NCBI GenBank assembly: GCA_964534795.1
Contig: CAZHQK010000112.1
Coordinates: 2,277-66,276, forward strand
DNA length: 64,000 nt
Origin: an uncultured Acidobacteriota bacterium
GTDB lineage: Bacteria > Acidobacteriota > UBA6911
Direction: 5' to 3'
In this document: piece by piece, positions 16,572-24,300 of the stretch
How positions within the stretch are numbered: the first letter of the stretch is position 1
Layout of the letters: each line of letters begins with the position of its first letter
The notes under the pieces: model-generated
Databases searched by the model: none
What the model saw: only the letters and a program-made list of their open reading frames with translations
What the model was told of the DNA's origin: nothing
Position numbers and translations under genes: made by a program

Positions 16572-18980
16572 TCATCGGGGCTCGAGCAGCAGCCGCTCTT
16601 CGGCCACCGACTCGATCTTTGCGCGGCTGAAAAAGACCGGAAAGTATTTTCCCGCGGCCCACATCTCGAAAAGATCACGGTAATGGGGACTGGCGGGATC
16701 TCCGGACTGGCCCGGATTGTTGGTTCCCACGCAATTATCCCAATTTTCGAGATCCGCAATGATGCGGAACGAGGCACCGGAGGTCTGGTTGTCGCCGCCG
16801 CCGGTGGCATTGACGGTCGATGCGCTGCCGCCGCGCGGCAGCGGGCCCACGTCCAGCCTCCCGCGAAGATCGACGCTCACCGCCGCGCTCAGCGGGTGGC
16901 GGATCAGCACGTGCTTGAACTTCGCCTGCCCATACTGCCAGCGGCTCTGGTCTCCGCCCAGGCGCTGCGCCAGGTCCGCGACCGCTTCCTCGAGAGTGCG
17001 GGCAAGGAGAGCGTCTCTGGCGGCCGTGGGGTCGGCACCCCAGCGGCCGTCCGGCGCGGCGATCCAGTCGAGCATGCGCTTCAGGTTGATGCCGCCCAGC
17101 AACTTCCGTGCAGCTTCCGGTACCATCAGGTCGCGGACGCGGTTTTGCAGGCGCCGCTCCCAGGAAACGTAGATCGCGGCCGCCACGGAGTCCTTGTCCA
17201 GCACGCAGTCCCAGGCGAGCAACAGGTCGCGCACCCTCGCGGCCGCCGCATCGGCAAGCGGCAGGTCTTTGAGGAAAGCAATCAAATTGCGTGCCGGGAT
17301 GGAAAGCTCGTCCTGCTGCAGCCTCATCATGTCGGCGACCGTGAACCTGCGCCCCGACGCGAGTACCTCGTCGATGCGCGCGGCGCGCATCTCGTCGCCC
17401 CAGCTGTAATGGAGAGCCTCGACGTGCGGGTAGCCGTCCGGCACCATGTAGTTGTTGGCCGTACGTATGTAGCCCTCGGGAGGATTGTACATGCTCGGCA
17501 GGGCAAGGATGGGAAGATAGCCGTCCCATTCGTAGCGGCCGTCGCCCGGGACCGGAACCAGGCCGCTCCAGCCCGGACGGATGGGCGAAATACCCACGGC
17601 TTGGTAGCCTATGTTTCCCTTCCTGTCGGCCCAGACCATGTTTTCCGCAGGTATCCGGCTGTAACTGCAGGCCTCGCGGAATTCCTCCCAGGTCCGTGCC
17701 TGATCCATGCGCAGGCTCGCCAGGTAGGGCGCGCACCCTGCTTCCAGCCAGGCGGCCCGGAGCGCGTAAGCCTTGCGGCGCGCGCCGTCTTCGTGCAGCA
17801 CCGGGCCGTGACGCGTGTACTTCAGCACGACTTCGACCGGGGCTTCGCCTTTCACGGGGATCGACTCGCGCACGGTCTTCATTTCCTCCCAGTCGCCGCG
17901 GTATCGATAGCGCAGAGGATTGGCCGGATCCGTCTCGTAGACATATAGGTCCTCGCTGTCCTGGCCGAAGACGGTCAGCCCCCAGGCTCCGTGCTCGTTG
18001 TGGCCTATGGAGACGCCGGGGAGCGCCGGTTCCCCGCCCCCGATTACGTTCCACCCAGGCGCCGAAAGGTGGACCCAATAGCGGAGCGAAGGGATCTGCT
18101 GCGCCCGGTGCGGGTCATTGGCCAGTATCGGCAGCCCCGTGAGCGTCCGCCGGCCGCCGACGACCCAGTTGTTGCTGCCCGCGGGCGGATTCCACCAATC
18201 CTCTTCCTCTGCGGCATGCAGTGCGCCTTCGAGCGCTTCGTAGGAGGCCCGGGCGGCACGGTACGGGGGCGCGACATCCTCCGGCTGGAAGCGCAGGGGG
18301 GAGCGAAAGGCGTTGTAAAGATCGAGAACCGCCTCCGACAGCAGCGATCCATCGATCGCCGGATCGAGCGCGAGCGGCGGCGAACCCGGGCGGAACCAGG
18401 AAAGCTCGCGCACCCTCTCCGGCCCGAGCAGGGCCACGGCCCTGCCGTAACTGAGTTCCTGCGTAAGGTTGCCGAGCAATCCGGCATGCCGGGATACCAC
18501 CACCTCGGGCGTCCACCTGCCGGGCCTGATTCCCAGCAGGCGAAACTCCAGCGGCAGCAGCTCCGGATTGCGCCCGGCGGCCTCGATGTAGGCGTTGATC
18601 CCCCTGACGAAAGCGCCGACGATCTGCTCGCCGCGCGGATGGTAATGGCCGAGCTCCCGGCGCATGTCGCCGCGGAACTTGAGGAGCCGCGCGCCGATGT
18701 CGCGCGCGAGTTCCCGCCTGCCCAGCAACTCGGCGCAGGTGCCGGTCGCCTGGCGGCGCCACATTTCGAGCTGGAACAACCGATCCCGCGCCGCGTTGTA
18801 ACCCTGGGCGAAGAACAGATCGCTCTCGTTCTCGGCGTAGATGTGACAGATTCCCCAGCGATCGCGGATGATCTCCACGGGCCGGCCCAGACCTTCGACC
18901 TTCAGCGTTTGCGCCTGCCCCCGGGCATCCGCAGCCGGCAGCACGAAAAGAAAGGACACAAGCAACCATGGTCGGATCAT
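16572..18980 (-). CDS. penicillin acylase-family (S45) Ntn hydrolase, secreted (possible AHL/beta-lactam acylase)
   Basis: ATG 18980 after AGGGGGA. Signal MIRPWLLVSFLFVLPAADA. DRWGICHIYAENESDLFFAQGYNAARDRLFQLEMWRR. Nucleophile context AGSNNWVVGGRRT...ANDPHR. Confidence 0.85.
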   Translation of the reverse strand: MIRPWLLVSFLFVLPAADARGQAQTLKVEGLGRPVEIIRDRWGICHIYAENESDLFFAQGYNAARDRLFQLEMWRRQATGTCAELLGRRELARDIGARLLKFRGDMRRELGHYHPRGEQIVGAFVRGINAYIEAAGRNPELLPLEFRLLGIRPGRWTPEVVVSRHAGLLGNLTQELSYGRAVALLGPERVRELSWFRPGSPPLALDPAIDGSLLSEAVLDLYNAFRSPLRFQPEDVAPPYRAARASYEALEGALHAAEEEDWWNPPAGSNNWVVGGRRTLTGLPILANDPHRAQQIPSLRYWVHLSAPGWNVIGGGEPALPGVSIGHNEHGAWGLTVFGQDSEDLYVYETDPANPLRYRYRGDWEEMKTVRESIPVKGEAPVEVVLKYTRHGPVLHEDGARRKAYALRAAWLEAGCAPYLASLRMDQARTWEEFREACSYSRIPAENMVWADRKGNIGYQAVGISPIRPGWSGLVPVPGDGRYEWDGYLPILALPSMYNPPEGYIRTANNYMVPDGYPHVEALHYSWGDEMRAARIDEVLASGRRFTVADMMRLQQDELSIPARNLIAFLKDLPLADAAAARVRDLLLAWDCVLDKDSVAAAIYVSWERRLQNRVRDLMVPEAARKLLGGINLKRMLDWIAAPDGRWGADPTAARDALLARTLEEAVADLAQRLGGDQSRWQYGQAKFKHVLIRHPLSAAVSVDLRGRLDVGPLPRGGSASTVNATGGGDNQTSGASFRIIADLENWDNCVGTNNPGQSGDPASPHYRDLFEMWAAGKYFPVFFSRAKIESVAEERLLLEPR

Positions 18981-19387
18981 AGTATCCCCCTGTCGAGAGC
19001 GCATTGTAACCCGAGCCCGAGGCAAACATGCCCATCGGGCATCGGCGCCCGCAGAGGGACCGGACCCAAGGATACGCCGATCCCTCGAATCCGAGCGCTG
19101 AAAGCCGATTGCTGCAGGCCCCGAAGAACGGCCTCCCGGCCATTCAGCCGTTGAACGGAGCGGCCCGGGCGCCTTGCCCGTGCCGGCTTTCTTCCTGCAG
19201 ATTGCCGCCGGGTTTGTCGAAGAGAAGGAATGTGCAGGCGATCGATGACGCCCCGGAAAGAGCCCACACGGCACCCGGCGGGAACGCGCAGGGAGAAGCA
19301 TCGAATCCCGCAGCGACCGGCGCGGCAGTCGCCGAGGAGCAGGCCGATGGCACGAGCAGGCAGGACGAGCCGCCGGCCGAGGCGCGC

Positions 19388-20923
19388 ATGCCGGCAGGCG
19401 AACGCGAAGACAGGCTGCGCGCCTGCCTCGAGCAGATCTATCAGGAAAAAGACGTTCCCGCCTTTTCCCACAATGTCTGCAAGGTCATGGGCCTGGTGGG
19501 GGACGACGAGACCTCCATCCGGACCATCACCAACACCATCCTGCAGGACTACAGCCTGACGCTGGCCGTGCTGCGCCGGGCAAATTCCGCCCAATACAAC
19601 CGCTCCAACACCCGCGTCTGCAGCGTGGCGCGGGCCGTCACCCTCATCGGCGTGGAAGCCCTGCGCAGCCTCGTGGGCACGATGATGTTCCTGGAGAAAT
19701 ACCAGAAACGCTCCGTGCCGCTCAGAAAGCTCCTGCTGCTCGCGCTTCTGACGGCCAACCATTGCCGCGAGATCGCGCGCAGGCTCGAGCTGCCGGATGT
19801 CGAGGAGGCCTACCTTTGCGGGATGTTCTGCAACCTCGGCGAGGTGCTCGTAGCCCACCACTTTCCCGACCGGTACAATGCGATCCTGACGGAAGCCCTC
19901 GCGGGCGGCATGACGACGGAAGCGGCATGCCTCAAGGTGATGGGCTTCCGTTTCGAAGACCTCGGAAGGGCCATGGCGGCGAGCTGGAACTTCCCCGAGT
20001 CCATGGCCCACGCGGCAGACCATTACGAGGCGGCATCAGTTCTTCCGGCGAGGCCGCAGGACCAGCTCAGAGCTGTGGTCGCGTTCAGCCGCGACCTGAC
20101 GCATGCGGTATACAGCTCGGGAAGGCCCGACAACCGCGAGGCCGTCGCCGCGCTGGTCGAAAAGTACGGTCTGAGCGGACGGCTGCCGTCCAGGCGCCTG
20201 CAGGAGGTCATGTCCTCGGCGATCACGGAAACCAAGGAGATGTTCACTTCGGCGGGCATGCCCCTGAACCACCTGCACCTGCACCGCCTGGCGGGCACGG
20301 GTCCGTTCGCGCAAGAGGCCGGAGCCGCAGCCCGGGCAGCCCGTCACGGGAACGAAGGCGCGCCCGCCCCGTGCGCTCAGGCGGCGGTACCCCCTGTCGC
20401 GGAAGAGGATCTTCTCGACCGCCTGGTCGAAGAGATCAGGCAAGCGGCATCGCCCGAGGCGGGACTGCAGCTCAACGACGTCGTGATGATGGTTCTGGAA
20501 GCCTGCCAGAGAGGCGCCGGCTTCGACCGCGTGATACTCGGCCTGGCGACGCCCGACCGCTCCATGATCCGCGGCAGGCTCGGCCTCGGCCCGGACATCG
20601 ACGACATGATCGACATGCTTCGCATCCCGGCGGCCGATCCGACCGATCTCTTTGCCGTAGCTCTGTCGCGAAAGAAGGACCTGGTCGTCGACAATACCCG
20701 GCCGAATCCCTATCAGCAGTCCAAGCCGCTTCAGACCATGGGAGTCAAATGCTTCGCCCTGTACCCGATCGTGGTGGATCAGATGGTGGTCGGCTGCCTG
20801 TACCTGGACAGGCTCCGGCCGGGCAGGCCCCCCGGCTACCGAGTCATGGAAACCATCGGCCGGCTGCGCGACACGCTGGCTGAGACGATCGCACGCGTGC
20901 GCGCCGCTGCCCGAACGAGGTAG
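19388..20923 (+). CDS. HDOD-domain plus GAF-domain signalling protein
   Basis: HDOD-like KDVPAFSHNVCKVMGLVGDDETSIRTITNTILQDYSLTLAVLRRANS...VTLIGVEALRSLV. C-terminal GAF-like GFDRVILGLATPDRSMIRGRLGLG...CFALYPIVVDQMVVGCLYLD. The start is uncertain: ATG 19388, or GTG 19232 after GAAGGA. Confidence 0.6.
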   Translation: MPAGEREDRLRACLEQIYQEKDVPAFSHNVCKVMGLVGDDETSIRTITNTILQDYSLTLAVLRRANSAQYNRSNTRVCSVARAVTLIGVEALRSLVGTMMFLEKYQKRSVPLRKLLLLALLTANHCREIARRLELPDVEEAYLCGMFCNLGEVLVAHHFPDRYNAILTEALAGGMTTEAACLKVMGFRFEDLGRAMAASWNFPESMAHAADHYEAASVLPARPQDQLRAVVAFSRDLTHAVYSSGRPDNREAVAALVEKYGLSGRLPSRRLQEVMSSAITETKEMFTSAGMPLNHLHLHRLAGTGPFAQEAGAAARAARHGNEGAPAPCAQAAVPPVAEEDLLDRLVEEIRQAASPEAGLQLNDVVMMVLEACQRGAGFDRVILGLATPDRSMIRGRLGLGPDIDDMIDMLRIPAADPTDLFAVALSRKKDLVVDNTRPNPYQQSKPLQTMGVKCFALYPIVVDQMVVGCLYLDRLRPGRPPGYRVMETIGRLRDTLAETIARVRAAARTR

Positions 20924-20971
20924 CCCGGCTTGACCGCACCTTCCCCGGCGCACGGCCAAGGATCATATCCG

Positions 20972-21178
20972 TCAGCCGCCGCCGGCACCCGCCCCGCAGG
21001 AGGACGCCGTGGAACCGCGCCGGGAGCCCGAGCTGCCTTGGCGGGAAACGGCAAAGGAGGAAACCTCGCGCTCGAGATCCGTGCTCCCGCACTTCGGACA
21101 GGAAGGACTGTCGGAACGGTATACCAGCGCTTCGAACCGGTGACCGCACTTGTTGCATGCAAACTCGAACAGGGGCAC
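20972..21178 (-). CDS. FmdB-family zinc-ribbon protein
   Basis: GTG 21178 with GGAGGAG RBS. (M)PLFEFACNKCGHRFEALVYRSDSPSCPKCGS: CxxC...CxxC with the typical FmdB N-terminus. Gly/Ser-rich tail. Confidence 0.75.
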   Translation of the reverse strand: MPLFEFACNKCGHRFEALVYRSDSPSCPKCGSTDLEREVSSFAVSRQGSSGSRRGSTASSCGAGAGGG

Positions 21179-21321
21179 GAACCCTCTCCTCCAAGAACCC
21201 TTAATTATGCCTTCGAGCCGCGGGCCCGACAAGACTTCCGCGGCCGATCGTTTTGACAACCCGGGCCGGGCCCGGTAAGCTCGGAAGGCACCGATCGAAG
21301 CAAGGGCACGGTATTCCTGTA

Positions 21322-21867
21322 ATGAAAGGCAATCCAATGAAAACGAGCATTCCGGCATGGGCCCCCGCCGCCATTATCTGGCTGCTCCCGCAGCCGTGCG
21401 CCGCGCAGGACCTGGAGATCAACCGCGCCACGCTGCGCTCGCTCGAGAGCCTGTACGTGGCGATCGAAAAGCTGGATCCCGACGCGCGCTCGCAGGGTCT
21501 CGATGAAGCGCAGTTGCGCGCTGAGGCCGAAGAGCAATTGAAACGGGCCGGCATGGCGCTGCACACCAAAAACGAATTCGACCTCTCGCCGGAAAAGGTC
21601 GTCCTGTACATCCGGCTGAGCACGCTGCGGCGCGGCTCTTGCATCGCCTATTCCGTGAGCGTCGCCCTCCGTCAGGAAGTCGTGCTGGTGCGCGATCCCG
21701 GGATTGCTCTCGTGACCGAGACCTGGTCCGTGGGAGGGATAGGCTCGGCTGATCCGGGCAAGCTCAAGGGCGTCGCCAGGGAAGCCCTCAAGACATACCT
21801 GGATCGCTTCATCAGCGCGCGCCGCAGCGTGGCCGACTACGGCTCCGAGCGCAGGATCCTGCGGTGA
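21322..21867 (+). CDS. hypothetical secreted protein
   Basis: ORF 21253..21867. Plausible starts are ATG 21322 or 21337, followed by the hydrophobic MKTSIPAWAPAAIIWLLPQPCAAQ. No family recognised. The 3' end overlaps the convergent Clp1-like gene by 31 nt. Confidence 0.4.
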   Translation: MKGNPMKTSIPAWAPAAIIWLLPQPCAAQDLEINRATLRSLESLYVAIEKLDPDARSQGLDEAQLRAEAEEQLKRAGMALHTKNEFDLSPEKVVLYIRLSTLRRGSCIAYSVSVALRQEVVLVRDPGIALVTETWSVGGIGSADPGKLKGVAREALKTYLDRFISARRSVADYGSERRILR

Positions 21868-22790
21868 GCGAAAGTCTCGGGATCCAGCACCAGGTCGCCG
21901 AGGCGCAGGTTGTCGACTTCGCCCGCAGCCTGCAGAGGAGTCAGCAGGCGCAGCAGCGGACGCATGGCCACGACAATGCCCAGGGCCAGGGTGAAACCCT
22001 GCATGTCCTCCAGGGCGACGAGCTGGTTGAAGCGCGGCGCATGGCGCGGCACCAGGGAAAGTCGAGCGGCGTCGAGTTCGACGGCCCGGGCGCCTGAAAA
22101 ATACCGGGCGAAACTCTCGTTGCGGTATTGCCTGCGGGCTACGGGGTCGCGCCGCCGCACGCAGGGCGAGCACGGCAGCTCGATCAGCCGCGGACGCCTT
22201 CGCCGACGCAGCACCCTGAGCAGCGGCTCCAGTTCCCCGTCGCGGCGGATCGCCACGACAAGATCGGGCTGCAGGAGGTCGATCTTGGCCAGCTTCAGCG
22301 CCAGGCCGCCCGCCCGCGGATCCACGAGCCCGCTGGTATCATAGATGACGGGTGCGAGGGCATCACGGCGCGCGGCCTCAACCAGGCGGGCGACCGCCAC
22401 CAAGTGGCGCAGCATATGGCCGCGCGGCGTCACCGCCCCGACGAACATGCGCCGCCACGGCCCGCCGGGCGGGAAACGGCCGTCGCCCGGCACGGCCGCG
22501 GCCAGCGTCACGGTTGCGGGCGGGCCGAAAACCCCCTGGCCGGGATCGCCGTCCAAAAAAGCCGCCGGCCCCGGTGAAGCTTCGGCCGATCGGCGGTAAA
22601 GCCAGCGGGCGAATGTCGTCTTGCCCGCATCGGCGCCGCCGACCACCATGATCAGCCCGCCGAGGAGCGATGCGTCGATCCGCTCCCACTCGCGCGCGAC
22701 GGCAATCTCGGTTCCGGGCCCCGGCGTTTGCGGCTCTGCGCGCTCCGGGGCGATCTCGCCGCCATCAGCCGATGTTGCGCAGGAGCGCAA
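21837..22790 (-). CDS. Clp1/Grc3-family P-loop polynucleotide kinase-like protein
   Basis: Walker A VVGGADAGKTT followed by FLDGDPGQG (the DxDxGQ motif characteristic of the Clp1 P-loop domain). The start is unclear: TTG 22790 is the only alternative start codon between the pepD stop region and ATG 22649. ATG 22649 would put the P-loop 5 residues from the N-terminus. Confidence 0.5.
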   Translation of the reverse strand: MRSCATSADGGEIAPERAEPQTPGPGTEIAVAREWERIDASLLGGLIMVVGGADAGKTTFARWLYRRSAEASPGPAAFLDGDPGQGVFGPPATVTLAAAVPGDGRFPPGGPWRRMFVGAVTPRGHMLRHLVAVARLVEAARRDALAPVIYDTSGLVDPRAGGLALKLAKIDLLQPDLVVAIRRDGELEPLLRVLRRRRRPRLIELPCSPCVRRRDPVARRQYRNESFARYFSGARAVELDAARLSLVPRHAPRFNQLVALEDMQGFTLALGIVVAMRPLLRLLTPLQAAGEVDNLRLGDLVLDPETFAHRRILRSEP

Positions 22791-24222
22791 GCAGGTAATC
22801 CCAGAATCTCTCCACGCTGTCGATATGGATCTTTTCCTCCGGCGAGTGCACGCCCTCGTAGGTCGGCCCCATCGACACCATGTCCATGCCGGGGAACTTC
22901 TCGCCGATGATGCCGCACTCCAGCCCGGCATGAACCGCCTTCACCTCGGGTTCCTTGCCGTAAAGCGACTTGTAGGTTTCCTTGGCGATCCTGAGGATCT
23001 CGGATTCCAGATTCGGCTTCCAGCCGGGATAGCCCTCGGGTGATTCGACCTCGGCTCCGCCCAGCTCGAAAACGCTGGCCACCGACTGGCAAATCTCCTC
23101 GATCTCCGAGGCGACGGAGCTGCGCTGGCTGGTGGCCACGCTGACCGCCTTCCTGCCGGTGGTGATCATGGCGAGATTGGTCGAAGTCTGCACCAGACCG
23201 GGTATGTCGGGGCTCATCCGAATCACGCCGTGCGGCAGCGCCGCGAGGGTCTTGAGTATCCTTTTCTGGGCGGCCGCCCGGAACACCTTGCCCCGCCGGA
23301 CGCCTTTGAGCTCTTCGACCGATATCTCCAGCCCGGGATCCACGGAAGCAAGTTCGGCCCGGATGGTGTCGTTGCAGCGCGCGACAATGGCGCGCGCCTG
23401 ATCCCAGGCCTTGGGCGCGAGGAAGAACCTGGCCTCGGCCTCGCGCGGTATCGCATTGCGCTTGTTCCCGCCGTCGAGGCTCGCGATCCTGATACCGAGC
23501 GGAGAGAGCGCCGTCAGGACGCGGTTGATGATTTTGATCGCGTTGCCCCTGCCCTTGTCGATCTCCAGCCCCGAGTGGCCGCCGCGCAGCCCGGTGACGC
23601 GCAGCAGGCCGGCCGCCGTGCCTGCGGGCGCGGGATCGAATTCCACCTTCCAGCTGCCCAGGGTATCGCGGCCGCCGGCGCACCCCACATAGAGAGCCCC
23701 TTCCTCCTCGGAATCGAGATTCAGGAGCGTGCGGCCCCGCAGGAAATCGCCGCGCAGGCTCTTGGCGCCCGTCAAGCCCCTCTCTTCGTCCACGGTGAAC
23801 AGGAATTCCAGTGGGCCGTGGGTCAACGACCGGTCTTCCATGATCGCCAGGCACATGGCGACACCGATGCCGTTGTCGGCTCCCAGAGTGGTGCCGTCGG
23901 CCATGAGCACATCGCCTCGGCGCACGATCGCGATCGGGTCCTTCGAGAAATCGTGGACCTTGTCCTTGTTCTTCTCGCACACCATGTCGAGATGGCCCTG
24001 CAGTACGACGCCGCGCACATGGTCGCGGCCGGGCGAGGCGGGCTTGGCGGCCACCACGTTCCCCACGTCATCGGCCCGGGCCTCCAGGCCGAGCCGCCTG
24101 GCCACGCCCAGGACGTAGCGGGAGGCGGCGGCTTCGTTCCCCGAGCAGCGGGGGATGCGGGAAATCTCGGCGAAGTATTTCCACACCGGTTGCGGTTTCA
24201 ACCCTTCGATTGCATCGGACAT
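22765..24222 (-). CDS. pepD: aminoacyl-histidine dipeptidase (M20C, PepD)
   Basis: ATG 24222 with GAGGAGGA RBS. MSDAIEGLKPQPVWKYFAEISRIPRCSGNE...LQGHLDMVCEKN...GTTLGADNGIGVA...HAGLECG. Confidence 0.85.
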   Translation of the reverse strand: MSDAIEGLKPQPVWKYFAEISRIPRCSGNEAAASRYVLGVARRLGLEARADDVGNVVAAKPASPGRDHVRGVVLQGHLDMVCEKNKDKVHDFSKDPIAIVRRGDVLMADGTTLGADNGIGVAMCLAIMEDRSLTHGPLEFLFTVDEERGLTGAKSLRGDFLRGRTLLNLDSEEEGALYVGCAGGRDTLGSWKVEFDPAPAGTAAGLLRVTGLRGGHSGLEIDKGRGNAIKIINRVLTALSPLGIRIASLDGGNKRNAIPREAEARFFLAPKAWDQARAIVARCNDTIRAELASVDPGLEISVEELKGVRRGKVFRAAAQKRILKTLAALPHGVIRMSPDIPGLVQTSTNLAMITTGRKAVSVATSQRSSVASEIEEICQSVASVFELGGAEVESPEGYPGWKPNLESEILRIAKETYKSLYGKEPEVKAVHAGLECGIIGEKFPGMDMVSMGPTYEGVHSPEEKIHIDSVERFWDYLLALLRNIG

Positions 24223-24300
24223 CTTTTCCTCCTCGGAGGCGGCCGGCCGCCGGCCAGGGCCGCGCGGCCGCCCGCCTCGGCGATCTCGTACGTTCACGGA

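Noticed and set aside
16063-16630. ORFs across the repeat region (16063..16305 -, 16082..16312 -, 16194..16559 -, 16304..16630 +) giving repeated peptides such as GPGRGPE.AGGEP.ANPRKGAYRS.EPRRADRP
   Set aside because: The peptide repetition simply mirrors the DNA repeats. There is no RBS or start context. The substitutions between copies preserve base pairing rather than codons, and the inverted copy would have to encode an unrelated protein.
22652-22768. A 37-codon ORF starting at the ATG that overlaps the pepD stop (TGATG), as a coupled leader or the true start of the Clp1-like gene
   Set aside because: Its product MAARSPRSAQSRKRRGPEPRLPSRASGSGSTHRSSAG is an Arg/Ser-rich frame artefact and ends before the P-loop. 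The other frame reads as ordinary protein sequence. It is mentioned only as a possible indel indicator.
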